A stretch of DNA of 59,926 bases from a virus. Position 1 is the first letter of the stretch. Every line of letters starts with the position of its first letter. The translations under genes and the position numbers were made by a program. The stretch is taken from the IMG/VR virus record IMGVR_UViG_3300022205_000002. One strand, written 5' to 3'. The notes below the pieces were generated by a model. That model was not told where the DNA came from and ran no database searches. It worked only from the letters and a program-made list of their open reading frames with translations. Positions 50,527-58,974 of this stretch are shown here, piece by piece.

Positions 50527-51330
50527 CTACGCTGTAGGCTGTTCAAGCGGCCCTGTACCCTGAAAAGAATAATCATAAGTAACTGGGCTTCCCTTATCGG
50601 TACTCGCAGCAAGTCCGGTTATGACAGCCTGTCCACTCCATAGCGTTGTATCAGTAGTGTACTTTTCAGATAGCGCAAGATACTGAATAGAACCTATAGA
50701 CAAAGGCGCTCCTTCTTTCTGACCGCTAAAAGAGCCGCTCCACTGCGATACTCCAGCTATAAACTCCGACACCCCGTCACTTTGAAAATCTGTAGTATCA
50801 GCAGCGTCTACAGTGTAATCAATAGACCAAGTACCAATACCGGCGGTTTCGGCAAGAGCGTAAACGCTATCAACATCGAAAGTACCATCAGCAAGATCAG
50901 TTTGCTGATACAGACCAATAGATATTACAGAACCAAGCAAGGACGGATCAGACAGGCGCAGGACGCAATGCTTCCATACGTTGGCCGTTAGCGCCGGTAT
51001 CAGCAAATCCTCAAGAGGCGACGCTAGGGAGCCTGTATCGTCAATCTGGAAACGTAGATCACCCGCCGAAGTATTGACGCTTGATCGAATCCAAAAACTT
51101 ACAGCGTGATAAGCTGTAAGATTAAGCGAGACGACTTCGGACATTAGAATAGTAGTAGCTCCCACCGTTGTGGTAGTAGCTCTAACAGCGCTCCCGCCAT
51201 TTATATCCATGCCGGTAGTAGTAGACAACGCAACGCCACCGGTTACGGTTTCATTCCAAGTATCTTCGCAATCTTCCATCAACAATTGGGAGCCGAACGC
51301 GCGCCCTGTTTTTCCGTGAATAGCGGCCAT
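50527..51330 (-). CDS. Tail-tube-like protein, long paralog with an inserted ~145-aa domain
   Basis: 267 aa. The N-terminus MAAIHGKTG and the C-terminal ~110 aa (GIGTWSIDYTVDAADTTDFQSDGVSEFIAGVSQWSGSFSG...YDYSFQGTGPL) are shared with 51351..51719. Confidence 0.5.
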   Translation of the reverse strand: MAAIHGKTGRAFGSQLLMEDCEDTWNETVTGGVALSTTTGMDINGGSAVRATTTTVGATTILMSEVVSLNLTAYHAVSFWIRSSVNTSAGDLRFQIDDTGSLASPLEDLLIPALTANVWKHCVLRLSDPSLLGSVISIGLYQQTDLADGTFDVDSVYALAETAGIGTWSIDYTVDAADTTDFQSDGVSEFIAGVSQWSGSFSGQKEGAPLSIGSIQYLALSEKYTTDTTLWSGQAVITGLAASTDKGSPVTYDYSFQGTGPLEQPTA

Positions 51331-51350
51331 TATAAATCCTTTATACTAAG

Positions 51351-51719
51351 TTACGCAGTCGGTATTGTAAGAGCGCCAGTGCCCTGAAAAGAATAATCAT
51401 AAGCTACAGGACTTCCCTTGTCTGTGCTGGCTGCAAGTCCGGTTATGATAGCCTGTCCACTGAAAAGCTGATTGGCCGTATCAGATTCCTTAAGCACAAG
51501 AGCAATTTCAGAACCAATGGTCAAAGGCGCGCCGTCCTTCATTCCACTAAAAGAACCGCTCCATTGCGATACTCCAGCTATAAATTCTGATACTCCGTCA
51601 CTTTGAAAATCTGTAGTATCATCAGCGTTTACAGTATAGTCAACAGACCAAGTACCTATACCATTTACTTCAGAGCCGCCAACTGTAACAGCGCCTGATT
51701 TTCCGTGTAAAGCCGCCAT
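51351..51719 (-). CDS. Major tail tube protein candidate (122 aa)
   Basis: MAALHGKSG...GIGTWSVDYTVNADDTTDFQSDGVSEFIAGVSQWSGSFSG.... It lies after the tail-terminator-like gene and has an AT-rich promoter-like upstream region. Confidence 0.5.
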   Translation of the reverse strand: MAALHGKSGAVTVGGSEVNGIGTWSVDYTVNADDTTDFQSDGVSEFIAGVSQWSGSFSGMKDGAPLTIGSEIALVLKESDTANQLFSGQAIITGLAASTDKGSPVAYDYSFQGTGALTIPTA

Positions 51720-51781
51720 TTAAATAATCCTTATATAAAATTTATAATAGCATTTAATTACATTGTTTATTATCTATTGTA

Positions 51782-52204
51782 TCATATTTTTTGTATTAAA
51801 ATATCATACGTAGAAATTCCTTGTCTTATCTGATCATCGTCGGGTATTTGCAAATCAGCGCTTGAGCGCTCGCATACTATACTATTCCAGCCAGTTACTG
51901 TTAAGGATGTATAATCCATTAACGCATGGAGCGAAGATAGATACGATAGCATGCTAGTAGCGGACGAAGCTTTATCAAATACGGATACTTGTACTTGTAT
52001 AGCTTCAAAAGCGGTATTAAATGTATATTGCGGCACGTCACTAACAAAGAAGTAAACGCAATAAGGAAACGTTACAGGCAGGCTTCCGTCAGCGCTTTTA
52101 TATTCTTCAAAATATATGCGCCCGCCCATGGCGGTATTGAATGCTCCAGCCGACGTTAATTTGTTATATACCGCCGTCGCCAAAGGTTCTAAACCTGTAC
52201 TCAT
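51782..52204 (-). CDS. Tail terminator / tail completion protein candidate (DUF3168-like)
   Basis: 140 aa. Called from its N-terminal ...AVYNKLTSAGAFNTAMGGRIYFE... pattern and its position before the tube gene. Confidence 0.45.
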   Translation of the reverse strand: MSTGLEPLATAVYNKLTSAGAFNTAMGGRIYFEEYKSADGSLPVTFPYCVYFFVSDVPQYTFNTAFEAIQVQVSVFDKASSATSMLSYLSSLHALMDYTSLTVTGWNSIVCERSSADLQIPDDDQIRQGISTYDILIQKI

Positions 52205-52590
52205 TTACCAAAACCTTTATTTAATAATTTCCTTATTTTAGTAATAGACTCCTTGAACGCTGGGCGCATATACGGCCTAGGCTGTATACCTCGTGAAGTT
52301 CCGAATTCATGATAAGGCGCATAAAAAACATTGGTTCCAACGTGCGCTATTGCCTTGTTACCTTCTTTTGGCGGCGCTTTAACGGTATCTCTTCCGAACG
52401 GAACAGAGCCAAAATTTGTTATATAATTGATACTACTTCGTAACCGCCCGGTGTCAACAATGCGCTTTCGAGTTATAACCTTTTTTATAGCTCCAACAAG
52501 ATACAGCGCCGCAGTTACTACATTTTTTTGCGCTTGCGCTTCTGTAGCGCTTGCTATCTTGGTTCCATTCCACGTTTTAAACTTTGCCAT
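52201..52590 (-). CDS. HK97 gp10-family tail/neck component
   Basis: 129 aa. DTGRLRSSI ... FYAPYHEFGTSRG matches the gp10-family pattern. Confidence 0.6.
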   Translation of the reverse strand: MAKFKTWNGTKIASATEAQAQKNVVTAALYLVGAIKKVITRKRIVDTGRLRSSINYITNFGSVPFGRDTVKAPPKEGNKAIAHVGTNVFYAPYHEFGTSRGIQPRPYMRPAFKESITKIRKLLNKGFGK

Positions 52591-52596
52591 TTTGCG

Positions 52597-52911
52597 TTAA
52601 GGCAGTAAAGCGTAATCAGTAGCTAGTTGTGTTTTAAGATCACCATACGCCGCTATTATTTGCGCTTTCTGGGCAGTCGTTAAAACTATGGTTTGATTGC
52701 CTATTGTGACATTCTCTATTTTGTGGCGCTGAACAAGCGCTATCATTTTATTGATGCCTTGCTTCATTTTATAAAGCGCCGCAAGAATAACGTCATGGTC
52801 TACAGCTTGCGCTTGAGCATTGTTAACACCAATCATCAACACGCTGTTATATGAGAGTGTAGTATTAAAAACTAAAAATAACGATAGTGTTAGAATAACT
52901 ATTTTTTTCAT
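52597..52911 (-). CDS. Small secreted protein (104 aa) embedded in the virion module
   Basis: Signal-like N-terminus MKKIVILTLSLFLVFNTTLS...AQAQA. Confidence 0.5.
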   Translation of the reverse strand: MKKIVILTLSLFLVFNTTLSYNSVLMIGVNNAQAQAVDHDVILAALYKMKQGINKMIALVQRHKIENVTIGNQTIVLTTAQKAQIIAAYGDLKTQLATDYALLP

Positions 52912-52925
52912 ATTATTTCCCTTAA

Positions 52926-53915
52926 TTAAAATGCGTTAAGCGTTGCGCGTTTCCACGTATTTGTGGTAGTACAAATATAAATATAACTAGTATCCCACGC
53001 CATCTCGCCGGTATTACAAGCTTCGGCGGAAGTGGCGGGAGTTCTGGCCGTTCTGATGCGAATAGTATCCGCGTTTACATCCAGCGCTTCAGTGGGAGCG
53101 TTAGTTCCGGCTCCTATTTTTCCAGCGAAATAATTATCCGATCCTGAATTAGAGGCGTAAATATCGTAGCAAGTTGTGGCGCATGTAGCAGTATCCAGAT
53201 ACAATCCGTAATAATTTGTTGAATTGACTCCCGTAGTGTATATTGCTCTTACGTTCGTTAGTGAACCTCCGGCTTTTACGAAGTTAAGATGTGCGCCATA
53301 ATTATTTGTTGATGCGCCTGTGCCTGTTCCTGAATTGCCTATAGTGGCATACAAGCCTCTTAGCACAGCTACCGTTGCATTACTGCGATTATACGCCTGA
53401 AACCATGCACCATTTAATGCGGATGTATTTCCGAACGCTCCACCGTTGGTATTCTGTATAAGTCCATTAATACCATATTTTGCGTACGATCCCCCGTTGG
53501 AATTGTTATCTGTATGAACAAAATTCAAACCATAAACAGCGTTGTAATTTCCGCTATCCTGGACTAGGTAGAAAGCGGCGGCGGAAGTCTCGGCGGCGGT
53601 GTCTATCAACGTGAAGTGATTACGAGATAGCTCTGTAGTAGCACCAAAAGTGACTGGCCCCTCAACTCGTAACCCATCCGTTGGCGCTGTTTGCGCCCCT
53701 GCGTATGTGCCACCGATTACAATATCAGAAGCTTCGGCGGTTCCTGCATGGCTTCGCAGTTGTAACAGCGTAGCTTTGTATGCTACGGAACTTTGTTCAG
53801 TAGGATAAATATCAGCGTCACTAGTGGATGGTAGCGCCGGAATATCTGTAAGTTTAATAGCGTGAGCATTGGTCGCTAAAAATATTGAACATAAAATAAA
53901 TATATATTTTTTCAT
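52926..53915 (-). CDS. Signal-peptide-bearing Gly/Asn/Thr-rich protein (329 aa), fibre-like
   Basis: MKKYIFILCSIFLATNAHA followed by repetitive G/N/T/A sequence. The C-terminus is CNTGEMAWDTSYIYICTTTNTWKRATL. Confidence 0.5.
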   Translation of the reverse strand: MKKYIFILCSIFLATNAHAIKLTDIPALPSTSDADIYPTEQSSVAYKATLLQLRSHAGTAEASDIVIGGTYAGAQTAPTDGLRVEGPVTFGATTELSRNHFTLIDTAAETSAAAFYLVQDSGNYNAVYGLNFVHTDNNSNGGSYAKYGINGLIQNTNGGAFGNTSALNGAWFQAYNRSNATVAVLRGLYATIGNSGTGTGASTNNYGAHLNFVKAGGSLTNVRAIYTTGVNSTNYYGLYLDTATCATTCYDIYASNSGSDNYFAGKIGAGTNAPTEALDVNADTIRIRTARTPATSAEACNTGEMAWDTSYIYICTTTNTWKRATLNAF

Positions 53916-54238
53916 TATCTGACCTCGCGCAATATAACCTTGTAAAAGAAATTTATATGCATAGGATGTAACACCGCTTTAACTTCCAATGTTTTTGAAC
54001 CGTATATAATCTGATCCTGCGTTAATATAGTTCTTCCACTTACTTCTATATACATATTATACATTGTATCAGTGGTGTCTTTATTATAACGTTGCGCTTC
54101 ATCTTCGCGCATCGGATTAAGTATGGCGTTAAACGTCTCTACAGTTCCAAAACTTTCAGTATATCCACCAAGTCCGTCTGGTGTTCTTGTAGCTCGTTTC
54201 TGTGTAACCGTTACTCGCGGCCCTAAAAGTGGCGGCAT
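53915..54238 (-). CDS. Head closure protein candidate (SPP1 gp16-like)
   Basis: 107 aa. Called from size, position after the connector protein, and the ...TPDGLGGYTESF...AILNPMRE... pattern. Confidence 0.5.
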   Translation of the reverse strand: MPPLLGPRVTVTQKRATRTPDGLGGYTESFGTVETFNAILNPMREDEAQRYNKDTTDTMYNMYIEVSGRTILTQDQIIYGSKTLEVKAVLHPMHINFFYKVILREVR

Positions 54239-54239
54239 A

Positions 54240-55130
54240 TTATAAAGACCTGTTTCTATATAAATCCAAAACTACAGCTATATCCGGCGGTAATTCAGCG
54301 CCGCTGGAACTGGTGGAAGTACCGTCGTAAGTAATGGAGTAATCGGATATACTAAAAGATTTAACGCCTACCGCTCCGCTTGATAGTCGTGAATACCACA
54401 AGTTAATAAGCGATAGCATGCCTTGCTTTAAATCATTGGGCAACGTTGAAGCGCTATAACCGGCGGTATAATTAACGTATAAATTATTATATACCCTTGA
54501 CCTGAAATAATTACCTTGTGCAGTGGATGAATAATAGTCGTAATCGTATCTATCATCATAGTAGCCGCTAATGACTACAGCACTGGAATCTATCAATTTG
54601 TAGAATACGTTTGTTTCTACAATACCCAAATAAACATTGGTTCCATTTAATGCGCTTTGTCCGAAGTCCTCCACAAGTTCTGTGGATATAATAGAGCCAT
54701 AAGCGCTTTGGCCAAGACTGGCCGTCCAGCCGTTACCCAGCGTATTTATCTGATTGACAACAGCCGTTAAAGTAGTGTAAGTAGCAAAATCCACCGTTTG
54801 AGTGGTGGTGTTATAAATCAATGTAACACCGGTTGAAGTAACTTGAACTGTAGCGATGGAATAGGCGTTACTATTTGATATGTACATTACATCGAGTAGA
54901 CCTTTGCCCATTTTACTAATGGCGGTTACGGGATAATTTTTTAGTACAATATCTCCGCCTCTATAATCCGTTATTACCTCTTTATAACTTGCTGATTCAA
55001 AGTTTCTATTGCAATAAGTTTTAACATAGGCTTCAACGGCGTTATGCGCACGCGCGACGTTGCCGTAACTATCATCAGCCGATAATTGCAGATACTTTAA
55101 TACATCGTTAGCAAGACTTAAAATTGCCAT
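54240..55130 (-). CDS. Head-tail connector protein (gp6-like N-terminus) with an extended C-terminal domain
   Basis: 296 aa. The N-terminal LSLANDVLKYLQLSADDSYGNVARAHNAVEAYVKTYCNRNF resembles gp6-type adaptor N-termini. Confidence 0.45.
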   Translation of the reverse strand: MAILSLANDVLKYLQLSADDSYGNVARAHNAVEAYVKTYCNRNFESASYKEVITDYRGGDIVLKNYPVTAISKMGKGLLDVMYISNSNAYSIATVQVTSTGVTLIYNTTTQTVDFATYTTLTAVVNQINTLGNGWTASLGQSAYGSIISTELVEDFGQSALNGTNVYLGIVETNVFYKLIDSSAVVISGYYDDRYDYDYYSSTAQGNYFRSRVYNNLYVNYTAGYSASTLPNDLKQGMLSLINLWYSRLSSGAVGVKSFSISDYSITYDGTSTSSSGAELPPDIAVVLDLYRNRSL

Positions 55131-55406
55131 TTATTTTAATCCGACCTTGGCTAAAAGACTACTAAAAATTATACCCAATACTGAAGCCGCTCCAATAGTC
55201 TTGTTGACTTTTGCGTTTAGTTCGGCGATAGCTTCAACAGACTTATTACAGCCTCTACTATCTATCATATCAAGTTTTGTTTTAATAACATCTATCGCGG
55301 TTTCAGTCCTTGCCGTTCTAGTGTTTATTGCATCCAGTTTTTGTAGCAGTGTATCGATATCCCTATCTGACATTGTATCCTCTTGTTTAATACTATTATA
55401 CATCAC
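55131..55406 (-). CDS. Coiled-coil protein with a C-terminal TM anchor (91 aa)
   Basis: ...IGAASVLGIIFSSLLAKVGLK at the C-terminus. Confidence 0.5.
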   Translation of the reverse strand: MMYNSIKQEDTMSDRDIDTLLQKLDAINTRTARTETAIDVIKTKLDMIDSRGCNKSVEAIAELNAKVNKTIGAASVLGIIFSSLLAKVGLK

Positions 55407-55414
55407 TTTATTAC

Positions 55415-57019
55415 CTAATCAAATTCTACCCAAGATATATGCGCATAAACTCCAGCGTTGCCAGTTAGGGATTGCGCGAAAATAACGAAACATTCTGAAT
55501 TTGTAGAATCGTAGTTTTGCGACAGATATCTATGCTGATCCAATTTATCCCCTACTATTTCCGTCCCGCCTCCTCCTTTACCGGCGGAACCGGCAGCAAT
55601 ATACCCTTCTTCAATTTTGTGAGTAGGATTTCCGGTTATAGCGGTTATATTTGTACTGTACTCGCAAGCGCTCCCGTCGCCAGCGTCCGCCCATGTGGCG
55701 GTTATTCCTGTAGGGTCGTGCAAATGGCGCACTTCATAATGAAGGGAGTTACCGGTAGCGAAAGCGCTCATATTAGACAACTCAACAGTTACTCTATTAG
55801 CGCCGCCTTTAGGATGTGTATTTTTTAAACGCAACGCCAATATAGGATATTCGGCAGCGGCATCTATGTTTCTTACTGTAATATCATTTGATACTGAAAA
55901 GCCTAATCCATTAGGATTGTCACCTTCACTGGAAACTAGCGCTGTACAAATCTCCGACATTGTATAAACGCTTGCGGTTCCGCCGGTATTTGTAATTTCA
56001 AAGCGTACAGGAAGTGATGGCGTAGAGGAGTAAGCTGTACTTATAACATTGGAATATAAAAATTCATGAGCTACATATTTTTTACCGTTGTAAAAAAATC
56101 CGCATCTTACACGGCCAGTGCCTTGCCACTGAAAATCGATTATAAGGAATTGTACGTTTGTAAAATCAAGATTCAATCGACTAGGCCCTGTACCGTCCAT
56201 CTTGTCCATATTCCACGCGGACTGTAAAACCTGCGTATCTACAGGACTGCCTGACGTGCTGGAGCGCACAGTAAAACTTATACCACTTGTTGTTTGCTCT
56301 AAGAATATACCATTTTCTAAGTCAAAGTAACCAACTCTGCGGCGGATATTAGTAACAGCTGCGCCAAATAAAAACGTTACCCCTAGTTCCTGCGCTTTAC
56401 CGGGTATATAAGTGAAGTATCTATGAGTTTGTCTAACCGCTTGATCACCGTTATTTATACCGGCCTGCAAGATAACCGACGCTGTATTGCGGTCATGGGA
56501 TACGTGGGAGCCGGTATTAAACGTTGTAACTGTAGCGGATGCGCCGCTTATACTTCCGGTTATTGTTTCCCCCGCTACAAAGTCATTATGATTTACAATA
56601 TAGGTTATTGTAAGAGCGCCAGCATCAACCGCCGTTACAGTTCCGATGTTTCCGCTAGTTCCGCCTGTTATCGTCTCTGCAACTTGAAAAGGCCCGGCGG
56701 TAACAGTTCCATGAACTATGATAGCGCCGACTATTGGTTCTTCCCATAATGCCTCGTGCCTATCGTGAATATTTTTATTATCAAATATATTAATAGGTCT
56801 TGCTACACTTAATCTACCAAATGAGTCCACCGATTCCGTGTCATCAAATGATATTTTTGTATTCGTGTTATGACGTAGCCACTCGGAACCATTATAGATA
56901 TAATTGGTTCCAGTATCGGTTTCAAAGAAATAAGAGCCTACGTCTTTTGTATCTAGACTTGGCTTAGTATCGGACGATAACCCGACATAGCGCCTTATAT
57001 CATCCTCTAAATAAGCCAT
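55415..57019 (-). CDS. Large virion-associated protein (534 aa), function unknown
   Basis: N-terminal GLSSDTKPSLDTKDVGSYFFETDTGTNYIYNGSEWL is a fibre/decoration-type motif. The rest is beta-rich. Confidence 0.55.
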   Translation of the reverse strand: MAYLEDDIRRYVGLSSDTKPSLDTKDVGSYFFETDTGTNYIYNGSEWLRHNTNTKISFDDTESVDSFGRLSVARPINIFDNKNIHDRHEALWEEPIVGAIIVHGTVTAGPFQVAETITGGTSGNIGTVTAVDAGALTITYIVNHNDFVAGETITGSISGASATVTTFNTGSHVSHDRNTASVILQAGINNGDQAVRQTHRYFTYIPGKAQELGVTFLFGAAVTNIRRRVGYFDLENGIFLEQTTSGISFTVRSSTSGSPVDTQVLQSAWNMDKMDGTGPSRLNLDFTNVQFLIIDFQWQGTGRVRCGFFYNGKKYVAHEFLYSNVISTAYSSTPSLPVRFEITNTGGTASVYTMSEICTALVSSEGDNPNGLGFSVSNDITVRNIDAAAEYPILALRLKNTHPKGGANRVTVELSNMSAFATGNSLHYEVRHLHDPTGITATWADAGDGSACEYSTNITAITGNPTHKIEEGYIAAGSAGKGGGGTEIVGDKLDQHRYLSQNYDSTNSECFVIFAQSLTGNAGVYAHISWVEFD

Positions 57020-57026
57020 AGCTTGA

Positions 57027-57470
57027 TCACGCGCCTACATAGTAAATTATAATCTGCCCTTGCTTACTGTTGCCCGCATTGGTTACATTGATAGTAAGTA
57101 TATCGTTCACATAAACATTATTACTTGTTCCAGTGTAAACAACGCTTACTTCTTCGGTTACTGTAGCGCTTCTATTTGCGCCCAGTCCCTGTATAACATC
57201 GATACCCTCATCATCAGTAATAGTGATATCGTAAAGAGCAGTTGGAGCGGTAGCGCTTGGATCGGTAACAACTTTTACTATACGGCCATTGATTCTTTTT
57301 GTAGAACCTGAAACCGCGCCGGTAGTATCATCACTAACCCAATCAATATAGATAACTTTTACCGGCTGACTTTCAGCGCTATAAGTTATCGTAGTGCTGG
57401 AACCGGCGGCATAGGCGACACCATAAAACAGCGCTATTACTGAAAATAAAACTAATATACAATTTCTCAT
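57027..57470 (-). CDS. Signal-peptide protein (147 aa) in the head module
   Basis: MRNCILVLFSVIALFYGVAYAAG.... Confidence 0.5.
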   Translation of the reverse strand: MRNCILVLFSVIALFYGVAYAAGSSTTITYSAESQPVKVIYIDWVSDDTTGAVSGSTKRINGRIVKVVTDPSATAPTALYDITITDDEGIDVIQGLGANRSATVTEEVSVVYTGTSNNVYVNDILTINVTNAGNSKQGQIIIYYVGA

Positions 57471-57480
57471 TTACTAAACT

Positions 57481-57540
57481 TTCAAAATAACCCTGCTAGC
57501 GGCCCACGAGATTTAACGCTCATGGGCAAGGCTAGCAGGG
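57481..57540 (-). terminator. Rho-independent terminator (long interrupted hairpin plus U-tract on the minus strand)
   Basis: CCCTGCTAGC (57491-57500) pairs with GCTAGCAGGG (57531-57540). An inner stem GCCCACGAG/CTCATGGGC forms with a G-U pair on the minus strand. It is followed by UUAUUUUGAA. Confidence 0.7.
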
Positions 57541-57547
57541 CGCAATT

Positions 57548-58219
57548 TTACGATTCGGTAACAGTTACAGTAATAGCGCCAAGGTCAACATCAGTAGCCG
57601 CAGCCGTTGTGCCAGTAAGCAAAACATAAAACGCTTCATCAGCCGCCACAACTTCGGGAGTTGCCAGCGTTTTACTAGACGACACTTTGGTGTCAGCGGT
57701 AACACTCACCTGCGTAATAGCGCCAATATTGGCATTGGCAAAATCAGCCGCCGCCGCAGTGCGCTTATACAAAACCGCATCCAAAGTAACAGCGCCGCCA
57801 GCGCTTTCAATCTGCGCATTGACTTTAAAGCTGGTAATAGTATCCCCAACTTTAAGGCCGGTAATCAGCACTACAAGAGTGGAACCAGTCTGCGACGCGG
57901 GAAGCGTAGCAAGGTGGCCCACGTCAACAGCGCCGCCGCCAACAGTCCATCCAGCCGTCGCGCCGACTTTGGGATAAGCGCTAACAATGCGCTCCTGCCC
58001 AGTGCGCACAATTCCGCCGGTCATGGTAAGACCACTAGTATTAATCTCAACAATAGTAGCCTTGGTAGATTTGTTGCGATACTGCAACGCGCCGCTTGAC
58101 CAATTGCCCTCAATTAGCGGCATACCAGTACCGCTAATAGCATGCGCGGTAATAGTACCTATAACTAGTACAGCCGCGATAGCAATAGTAGCTATCGGCC
58201 ATTCACTAAATCGTTTCAT
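57548..58219 (-). CDS. Head-module protein with an N-terminal signal/anchor (223 aa)
   Basis: Start taken at MKRFSEWPIATIAIAAVLVIGTITAHA. The rest is Ala/Thr/Gly/Val-rich beta sequence. Confidence 0.5.
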   Translation of the reverse strand: MKRFSEWPIATIAIAAVLVIGTITAHAISGTGMPLIEGNWSSGALQYRNKSTKATIVEINTSGLTMTGGIVRTGQERIVSAYPKVGATAGWTVGGGAVDVGHLATLPASQTGSTLVVLITGLKVGDTITSFKVNAQIESAGGAVTLDAVLYKRTAAAADFANANIGAITQVSVTADTKVSSSKTLATPEVVAADEAFYVLLTGTTAAATDVDLGAITVTVTES

Positions 58220-58430
58220 CTTCCATCCTTTTATTTTTAGGTTTTGGCCCACGTTTCCTAGGCCCTTCCACCTTAGAATGAAGAGCCGCCATAAATGACG
58301 GCTCTTCCTGAAATGCCATTCTAAACGCTTCTTTGGGCAAGCTGACAAACATACCCGCCGGATAGTAAACACCATCCAGCTTTGTAGGATACTGCAATAT
58401 CAACTTTACCTCGTTAGTCAAGTCTCGCAT
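58206..58430 (-). CDS. Hypothetical protein (74 aa) with a basic C-terminus
   Basis: ...GPRKRGPKPKNKR.... Confidence 0.45.
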   Translation of the reverse strand: MRDLTNEVKLILQYPTKLDGVYYPAGMFVSLPKEAFRMAFQEEPSFMAALHSKVEGPRKRGPKPKNKRMEDETI

Positions 58431-58440
58431 GGTTCACCTA

Positions 58441-58911
58441 TTACGACTGCAAGCTGATCGGAGTTGCCTGTTTGATCTTGCCACGGCTGCCAATTCCGAT
58501 AACACCAACCACCGTAGCAACGCCGGGATCAGACATTTTGACCTGAACAAAATCCATACCGTCGGTCAATTCCTGCGAATCTACTTCAACCAGATACATG
58601 ATATTGGTAGTAGCTCCGTCAGTAGCAACGCCAGTAGCGGCGACGGCTGTAAGAGCGCCCCAATCATCTACCAAGGTAGTAGCGGTCTTGCGATATCTAA
58701 AAGCGATATCCGCCGTTCCGGTTCCGGTATTGGTGGAAGCGTTAGCGACTGTAATAGTGCTGGCTCCGCCGTGGGTTCCGATACTGATAATAAAAGTTAT
58801 ACGATCATAATTAGCCATGGACAGCCAATCAGAAGCGACACCAGCAGTGTTAATGTCAACCGGTGCAGCGGCCTGAGTGATCTGATTTTCCTGTGAAAAA
58901 ATTCCGCTCAT
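58441..58911 (-). CDS. Capsid-associated (decoration-like) protein candidate (156 aa)
   Basis: Immediately downstream of the capsid gene, with AAGGAG upstream. Beta-rich. Confidence 0.45.
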   Translation of the reverse strand: MSGIFSQENQITQAAAPVDINTAGVASDWLSMANYDRITFIISIGTHGGASTITVANASTNTGTGTADIAFRYRKTATTLVDDWGALTAVAATGVATDGATTNIMYLVEVDSQELTDGMDFVQVKMSDPGVATVVGVIGIGSRGKIKQATPISLQS

Positions 58912-58934
58912 TTAAACTATCTCCTTATAAATTT

Positions 58935-58966
58935 GTTACCGGCCTAACATAAGCCAGACCGGTAAC
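58935..58966 (-). terminator. Hairpin after the capsid gene (attenuator/terminator candidate)
   Basis: GTTACCGG (58935-58942) pairs with CCGGTAAC (58959-58966). Only a weak U-tract follows (AAAUUUAU). Confidence 0.3.
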
Positions 58967-58974
58967 ATTAATTG

